DNA of 53,748 bases, counting the filler, from Bilabrum cf. latius (lineage: Eukaryota): the NCBI GenBank assembly GCA_965178125.1. It is 3 parts of 3 records of this genome, joined end to end, with 100 filler letters (N's around TTAATTAATTAA, not from the genome) between each part and the next. Parts side by side here need not be neighbours in the genome. Positions count along the whole stretch, not along the records: positions 37,651 to 53,748 come from CBCXTV010000054.1; 2 more parts are not named here. One strand, written 5' to 3'. The notes below the pieces were generated by a model. It was not told the DNA's origin. It saw nothing but the letters and a program-made list of their open reading frames with translations, and did not search any database. The position numbers and the translations under genes are program-made. Of this stretch, positions 47,497 through 53,748 are shown piece after piece. How positions within the stretch are numbered: position 1 is the stretch's first letter; every line of letters begins with the position of its first letter.

Positions 47497-47938
47497 TGGC
47501 GGGCGGGCGGGCAGGCGGGCGGGCCGGCGGGCGGGCGGGCGGGACGCTTGCGTTGTCTGCTCGCGGGTCGGGGCAGGCGTCTGAGTGGTCAAGCCCGCAT
47601 GTAAGCGTGGCGGCTTGGCGGAGCCGTGCACTGGCAAGTTCGAAAGTCCGCAGAATTCCAGGCGCTTGGCAAATGGCGGCCAGGCAGGATTTGCAAGGAT
47701 GCGGCCGCATAGCTTGCCCGCCCGCGCGCCCTTCCACCCGCGCGCCTGCCCGCCCGCGCGACCGCGGCCGCGCGCCCGCCCGCCGGGCGGGCCGGCCGGC
47801 CGGCCGGCCCGCCCGCCCGCCCTTCAACTCGCTCGCTCGCCGGGCCACCCCGCCCGCCCCGCCAGCCCGACCCGCCCGCCCACCCGCCCGCCCGCCCCGC
47901 CCGCCCGCCCGCCCGCCCGCCCGGCCGGCCGCCGGCCG
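47497..47938. repeat. (GGGC)n / (GCCC)n microsatellite patches
   Basis: Read directly; the same family occurs at 37651-37755, 38492-38720 and 50320-51080. Confidence 0.9.
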
Positions 47939-48165
47939 ACACGCATATCACCGACAGCCAAGACCATGCTTTTGTTGCGCAAGCCGTCTGCGCTTCGCAG
48001 CGAAGTGCATTGGCACGCTGCTCTGCTTATTTCGGCCGCTAATGTCGACCTTGATTTCCGCCGCCTCTTGAGTCGAGCACTATCGCGTATCTTGGCGTTG
48101 GTCGTGCATTTCGCTTTCGCATCGATCTAATCGCCCAGTTCGTTTTGGCATCCATCTCGTCGCCC

Positions 48166-50127
48166 ATGGCTCCCGGCGGCCAGCCTTGCAAGAAGACGAA
48201 GATCTTCGCAGACTTGCGTGCAACCAGAGGATGCAGCAAAAACGCTTTGGCTGAGATCTTGCATCGATTGCATGTGCATGGCGAATTACCCTCAGGGATC
48301 GGAGAAGGCGCGACCCGAACCATAAGGGGGCATTTGCAGACGGCTTTGGCCGAAGAGATCGACTTCAAGACGCCCCTATGGGGACTTAGTGCAAGACTTC
48401 CCTGCGAGTATCGTTGGCCAACATCGCGTCCCTTTCGTCAATCCGTCGGCCTTCTTGCACATCTTGAGCGCCAAGTGCCCATCGTTCTTCAATGCTCTGA
48501 TTGACCGTCGCGATCCCAGCACAAGCTTCCGGGTGATGCTGTACATAGACGAGGTGTGTCCAGGGAACCCGATGAGGCCGTCGAAGAGCCGCAAGACACA
48601 AGCACTGTACTGGACCATCGTGGATCTTCCGAGTCACCTTCTAGTGCAGTCGAGCATGTGGTTCTTTTTCACGGTCCTCCGATCATCGGTCTGCGACGAC
48701 ATCGACGGCAAAGTGTCGGGCGTCATCCGCCATGCGCTGCGGTCCTTCTTTCCGGTCACAGGCCTTGGCTTCACAGGCGGCGTCGTGTTGTCGAACGGCG
48801 GGCAGAGCTTCCTTTTCCGCGCGAAGTTCGGCGGCTTCGTCGCAGACGAAAAAGCCTTGAAAGAGATCTTTTCTTTCAAAGGGGCGTCAGGGACAAAGCC
48901 CTGCATGACTTGTGCCAACGTCGTCCAGCACATGGACCGCCAATGCTTGGCTGGGACGTCGTTGGTCACTCTCGCATGCTCGTGTCACCATTCGCTCCAG
49001 TACAACACGAAGGACACGATCGTCGCGATGGTCGATCGTCTCGTCGCCGCGGAAACCGCCGGTCCCAAGTCGCGTCTCATCGAGCTCCAGCAAATGTTCG
49101 GCATCACCCTTAACCACGACAGCCTTCTGCGGGACGAGCATTGCATGCAGTTCGTTGATCCCGTCAACCATTATTATAGGGACTGGATGCACACATTGGT
49201 GAGCAATGGCGTGGCCGAGACGGAAGTGGCGTTGTTCCTCACTTCGTTTATCGCAAGCCGGCATCACCAATGCGATGGTCAAATCCTTCGTCGTCAACTT
49301 CCATCTCCCGAAAGTCTATGGCAAAGTTGACCCAGCGTGGTTCAATGTCAGGCTTGGCGAAGACATGAAGGTGTTCGCGTCGGAGATGTTGTCGATGATC
49401 CCCTTGCTTGTCGCGCTTGTGCAAGAGGTCGTCGTTCCCGCCAAAGCCATACCGCAGCATGTCAAGTGTTTCTTGCTTCTCGCGCAGATCATCGAGATTC
49501 TGTCGAAAGGCCCCTCCGAGTCCATGACGCATTTGCCGCTGCTGCGCCAGTCGATCGTCGACCATCACGCACTCTTCGCAGACTTGTACCCCAACAGCTT
49601 GCGGCCAAAACTGCACCACCTCTTGCACATCCCTGAGAACATGTCGCATGTGGGCAAGCTCTTGTCGTGCTTCCCCACTGAGCGCAAGCACCGGCGCACA
49701 AAGCAGGTCGCTCTGCATGTCTTCCGTCATTATGAATCGACTGTCTTGAAGGGACCTCGTGCACGAACAGTTCAGGTCGATCGTCGAAGAAGTCTCCTTC
49801 GCCAAATACAACATGATTCATCCGTCGGTCATGGGCGAGTCTGGCTTGTCAAAAGCGACATCGGCGAAGCTGCCCTGTGGCGAAGTGCACACTGGCGACT
49901 TGGTCTTGATGGACGATGGCAAAGCCGGGTGGGTTGATGGCTTCTGGGAGGCCAACTCGTTCATCATGTGCCAGATGCGCTTGCTGGTGGCGGGCGACAC
50001 GCCTTGGTCGTTTGTCGCGCCCAACGACATCTCGACATCGTTCATGTCCGCTTCGAAAATTAGGGTCGCGCTTTGTTGGGCCGACAGAGGCACCGGCGTG
50101 TATAGGGTGTGTAAGCCGTTGGTGTGA
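48166..50127 (+). pseudogene. CMC/EnSpm(CACTA)-like transposase with frameshifts near 48380, 49255 and 49755
   Basis: LYIDEV.PGNP, YWTIVDLP, ADEKALKEIF..KG..G.KPCMTC, DWMHTLVSNGV, PKLHHLLH and SCFPTERKH are spread over four consecutive ORFs. Confidence 0.7.
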
Positions 50128-50319
50128 CATTGGCTTCACCCTTTTGTCTATCTAGTTGCGTCGACCTCGTCGCGTTCAGTATGAGCTTGCACATAAAGCG
50201 TGTCATTAGCGCCTTGCGGGGGCGCACTCGTGAGTGCTTGCAGCATGCAGCGGGCAGGGGTGGCGCTTGCAGGGGGCCATCACATGCATAAATGACTATT
50301 ACTACACTATGCGGAAGTG

Positions 50320-51080
50320 CGCGCGGGCGGGCGGGCGGGCGGCCGGGCGGGCGGGCAGGCGGGCGGGCGGGCGGGCGGGCAAGCGGCGTGAGTAAGTTGG
50401 CCTTGTCTGCAAAGCTGTGCTTCGAGAAGCGGGCGGGCGGGCGGGCGGGTGGGCGGGCGGGCGGGCGGGCGGGCAAGCGGTCGGACGGGCGGCGGGCGGG
50501 CCAGGCGGGGGGGCGGGCGGGCGGGCGGGCGGGCAAGCGGGTGGGGCGGGTGGACAAGAAAGCGGCTACTGTGTCCCTCGAGCTTTTGGTTTTTGCACTC
50601 TGGCGGGGCTGAATGCAACATCGGATACGACATGCCAAGTTTGCAAGAGCATCGAGACATGCGCGCTCGCGCGCGCGCGCCTTGCAGCAGGTGTGAGTTC
50701 TTACGCCAGCGGGTGGGCTGGTGGGCGGCTTGGCGGGCGGGCGGGCGAGCGGGCGGGCAGGCGGGCAAGCAGGCAGGTTTGCGAGCGGGCGGGCGGCGGC
50801 GGGCGGGCGGGCGGGCGGGCAGGCCGGCCGAAGGATCCAAGGATCGAAGAATCATGTGCCGAAGCTCGCGCGGTCTTTTGATTCAAAAGAGGAGTGCTGC
50901 GGGCGGCCGGGTGTGTGTGCAGGCGGGCGGGCGGGCATGTGGTTGGGCGGGCGGGCGGGCGGGCGGGCAAGCGGGCAGGCGGGCGGGCGGGCGGGCTGCT
51001 TGACGGGCGGGCGGGGCGGGCGGGCGGGAGGGCGGGCGGGCGGGTGGGCCGGCAAACGGGCGGGCCAGCCGGCGGGCAGG
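50320..51080. repeat. (GGGC)n microsatellite patches
   Basis: Read directly from the sequence. Confidence 0.9.
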
Positions 51081-51511
51081 CGAACGGCTATTTTGTTTGG
51101 CTCAATCTTGCATCAGCTTACTGCTACAGAGTACCTTCTTTGACCAGCTTGCCACATGTATGCTTGACATAACCACTTCTGGGACACCGACCTATACAAC
51201 TAACATTTTTGCATGCTTCCCCTTTGAAGCGCGCTCCGCTTGAACGCTACGCTGATGTGACAAAGGTTGGGACCAAAAAATCTGCCATAGCTAAGTTTCG
51301 TCGGGCTGCGCGATGCCATGCTGTTGACTGCGCGACGAAGACATGCGTGCGGGGGGCCACCCATTTGACAAGCGACCGACGCGGCACACGAGAGAGACAC
51401 GCGACCGGCTCCGAAATCGATTGCTTATAAGCGCCGAAAAAGCAACGCCCACGATGGATTACCGACGCCTTATGCGAGCACGCCCGGAGACATGCGCGCG
51501 CGCGACCTGCA

Positions 51512-51769
51512 TCAGCGCCGGCGCTTGACGATGCCGAAGCACTCGAGTGTCAACTGCCGCTTCTGCGGGCGCGGCATGTCCGGCAAGGACAGCACGCCGA
51601 CGAGCTTGACCATCGAGTTGCGACCGTCGAGATGCTCGTCCGGACCGAAGAGATCGAGCATCATTTGGCCCCAGCGTGGCTTGTTCACCAGCAAGTGGCG
51701 GACGAGGTCGTGGCGCGAGATCCAATCCAAAGTGCGGGCCTGATAATAGACCGCCCAAGCGTCAACCAT
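51512..51769 (-). CDS. Possible small hypothetical protein (85 aa)
   Basis: MVDAWAVYYQARTLDWISRHDLVRHLLV...; supported only by protein-like composition. Confidence 0.3.
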   Translation of the reverse strand: MVDAWAVYYQARTLDWISRHDLVRHLLVNKPRWGQMMLDLFGPDEHLDGRNSMVKLVGVLSLPDMPRPQKRQLTLECFGIVKRRR

Positions 51770-52722
51770 GTCGCGCTCCGCCTCCCTGCCGCGCGCACTG
51801 TTGACAGCCGCCATCGACGCGAAACGACGGGCGACGGGCGAGCTAGACGGGCGAGGCGCGCGAGCTCGACGCGCAACCGGCGAGCTCGACGGGCGAGGCG
51901 CGCGAGCTCGACGCGAGCTAGACGGGTTGGACGGGCGAGGCGCGCGATCTCGAGCGGGGGCGTTGCTGCAAACAGAGAGTGCCTGAAGCGAAAAAAGCCC
52001 ACTGTCACGAAATAAATAGCACATGCTGCCGTCGAGCGACATACAACAGACGAGGCATGGTGATGCGGATGACCAGAGAAGCGCGGGTGCCATCAAGCAT
52101 GATGGCGAAGTGTCATGACCTTGCCACACAAGCTCCATCAATATGCATGACAGCCACAAACTGTGTGGGGCGGTCGGGAACCCGCCAAAGAAAAACCGTC
52201 GATGCCTGCTGGCCCTCTGGACTCGCATAAAGCTGCGCTCAATCGAGCGCAGCTCTATACTTCCGCCGATCTGACAAGCCGAGTTGACGCTAACCGCCGG
52301 AGTTGACCAACACTTACATACAGGGTGAGCAGCATAAGGGCATGCGGTGTTATGTTCCAATGTGGTTTGCAACACGGTATGGCGAGCTCGACCTGGAAGA
52401 TGCCGCGCTATCCAAGCATAAGCACCGCGCGGTGCGCCCATCAAGCACACCCCCTGATGGCACGAGCGGCCGCCTTGGCCAAAGGATCGCCCTTCTTGTT
52501 TTAGCGGCCGGAGTCCGTGAAAAAACTGGCCGCTCGAAGTCGATTTGGGACTTTATTTGGCCTCCTTTTCCACATGGCAACCCCAAGCTATCTAGATAGC
52601 TAACTAGAACGTTAACGTCTTGTAAGAAGTTAACTTGAGGGCTCATGTTAACTCAGTCTAAGTCCACTTACAAGCATATGTAAATTGCGTATCCACTTAT
52701 AAGGCGCCCCGCCAACAAAGTT

Positions 52723-53748
52723 AAGGACCCAGACATCATGGAGATCGAGCGGTCGTGCCCGACGCCGCAGCTCGCGACGTTGCACTTGGCGATGCAAGCG
52801 TGCGCGAGCCACCGCTTCGAGGCGAGCGTCGGCGACGCCACGACCGCGTTCGTGCAGGGCGACCCGTCGAAGCGCAAGGAGCCGCTCTACTCCGAGCTGC
52901 CCGGCGATGACTTCGACGAGCTTGGCGTTGCCCGCGGGTCGTTGATCCGCTTAGATCTTGAAGTATATGGACTCGTGAGCGGCATGTCGGCGTGGCGAAG
53001 TACGATGGTCGACAGGCTCACGAATCGCCTTGGCTACAAGATGTCGGTGCACGACCCGTGCTTGTTCTTCCGGCACGACCCGGAGACGCACGCTCTCGAC
53101 GGGCTGTTGGTGCTGGAGGTTGACGACACGTTCTCTGGCGGCGAGTCGCGGCATCTTGACAAGAGGGAGGAGTTGCAGCGCATCATCAAGTTTGGGCATT
53201 GGCACAACTTGTTCCGCGAGGGCCCGAAGTCCTTCGCTGGGCGCCGGTTCCTCCAACGCAAGGACTACGGCTTCAACATCGACATGCAGAAGTACATCGC
53301 CGAGAAGTTGAAGCCAGTCGATGTGAGGAAAGGCCGGTTGTCCTCCCCAGCTGCGGCGGTGAATGACTCCGAGCGCGTGCAGTTGAGGGCCGTCATTGGT
53401 GGCCTTGGTTGGGTCGCGCGGCAGTGCAGGCCGGACGAGGCGGCGACGACATCCCGCCTGCAGAGCAGCTTCGCGAAGGTTGTCATGAAGGACGTCTCCG
53501 ACGCGAATGCCGCGGTGAGGCGACTCCGGGCCACTGGCGAGGTTGGCTTGCGTATCGAGCCCATGGCCGTCGGTGACGTGCGTGTGGTCGGTATTAGCGA
53601 CGGCAGTTTCGGCACCGACAAGGGCTCGGGCGCGTCCCAAGGTGGTTTCATCGTGGGCGTCTCGACGCCGGAGCTCAACAAGAACATGGAGGCGCCGTTC
53701 AGCATCGTCTCCTGGCAGAGCCAAACGATCAAGCGTGTCGTGGGCTCC
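52723..53748 (+). mobile_element. Ty1/copia LTR-retrotransposon pol fragment: reverse transcriptase and start of RNase H (5' truncated, runs off the window)
   Basis: Own translation from 52738: SCPT, GDATTAFVQG, VYGLVSGMSAW, DPCLF, LEVDD, FAGRR, IDMQKY, IGGLGWVARQCRPD, ISDGSF, SQGGF, VSWQSQTIKRVV. Confidence 0.9.

Noticed and set aside
51085-51107. TTTGGCTCAA resembling a relic dinoflagellate spliced leader
   Set aside because: Only 10 bp match and no adjacent downstream CDS.

Overview
This window is eukaryotic DNA, a dinoflagellate-like alveolate judging by the 18S/28S rDNA. It consists of three contigs joined by artificial N-TTAATTAATTAA-N linkers (19563-19661, 37551-37650), so adjacency across the linkers means nothing. 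Contig 1 (1-19562) is the most interesting part. It holds an ~11.45 kb intronless unit with all genes on the + strand, bounded by two copies of an ~105 bp sequence. The left copy forms a nested stem-loop and is followed by helically phased GCACTAC repeats, as in a rolling-circle origin. The unit encodes a geminivirus/genomovirus-type Rep (HUH endonuclease + SF3 helicase), an intact pogo-type DD35D transposase without visible TIRs, three CxxC zinc-finger proteins and no recognisable capsid. Upstream lies an ~7.3 kb Rep-less block inserted in a satellite, carrying a GT25/fucosyltransferase-like fusion gene and ending at the same origin-like sequence. Contig 2 has microsatellites, a TTTGGGG tract, satellites and a divergent rDNA unit; its 28S is cut at the L2449-equivalent site by a minus-strand Helitron. 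Contig 3 has a + strand gene cluster (SET-like tail, AP2-like, RapZ-C-like), a palindrome array, a frameshifted CMC/EnSpm transposase and a Ty1/copia RT-RNaseH fragment. All domain calls were made by eye from motifs; no searches were run.
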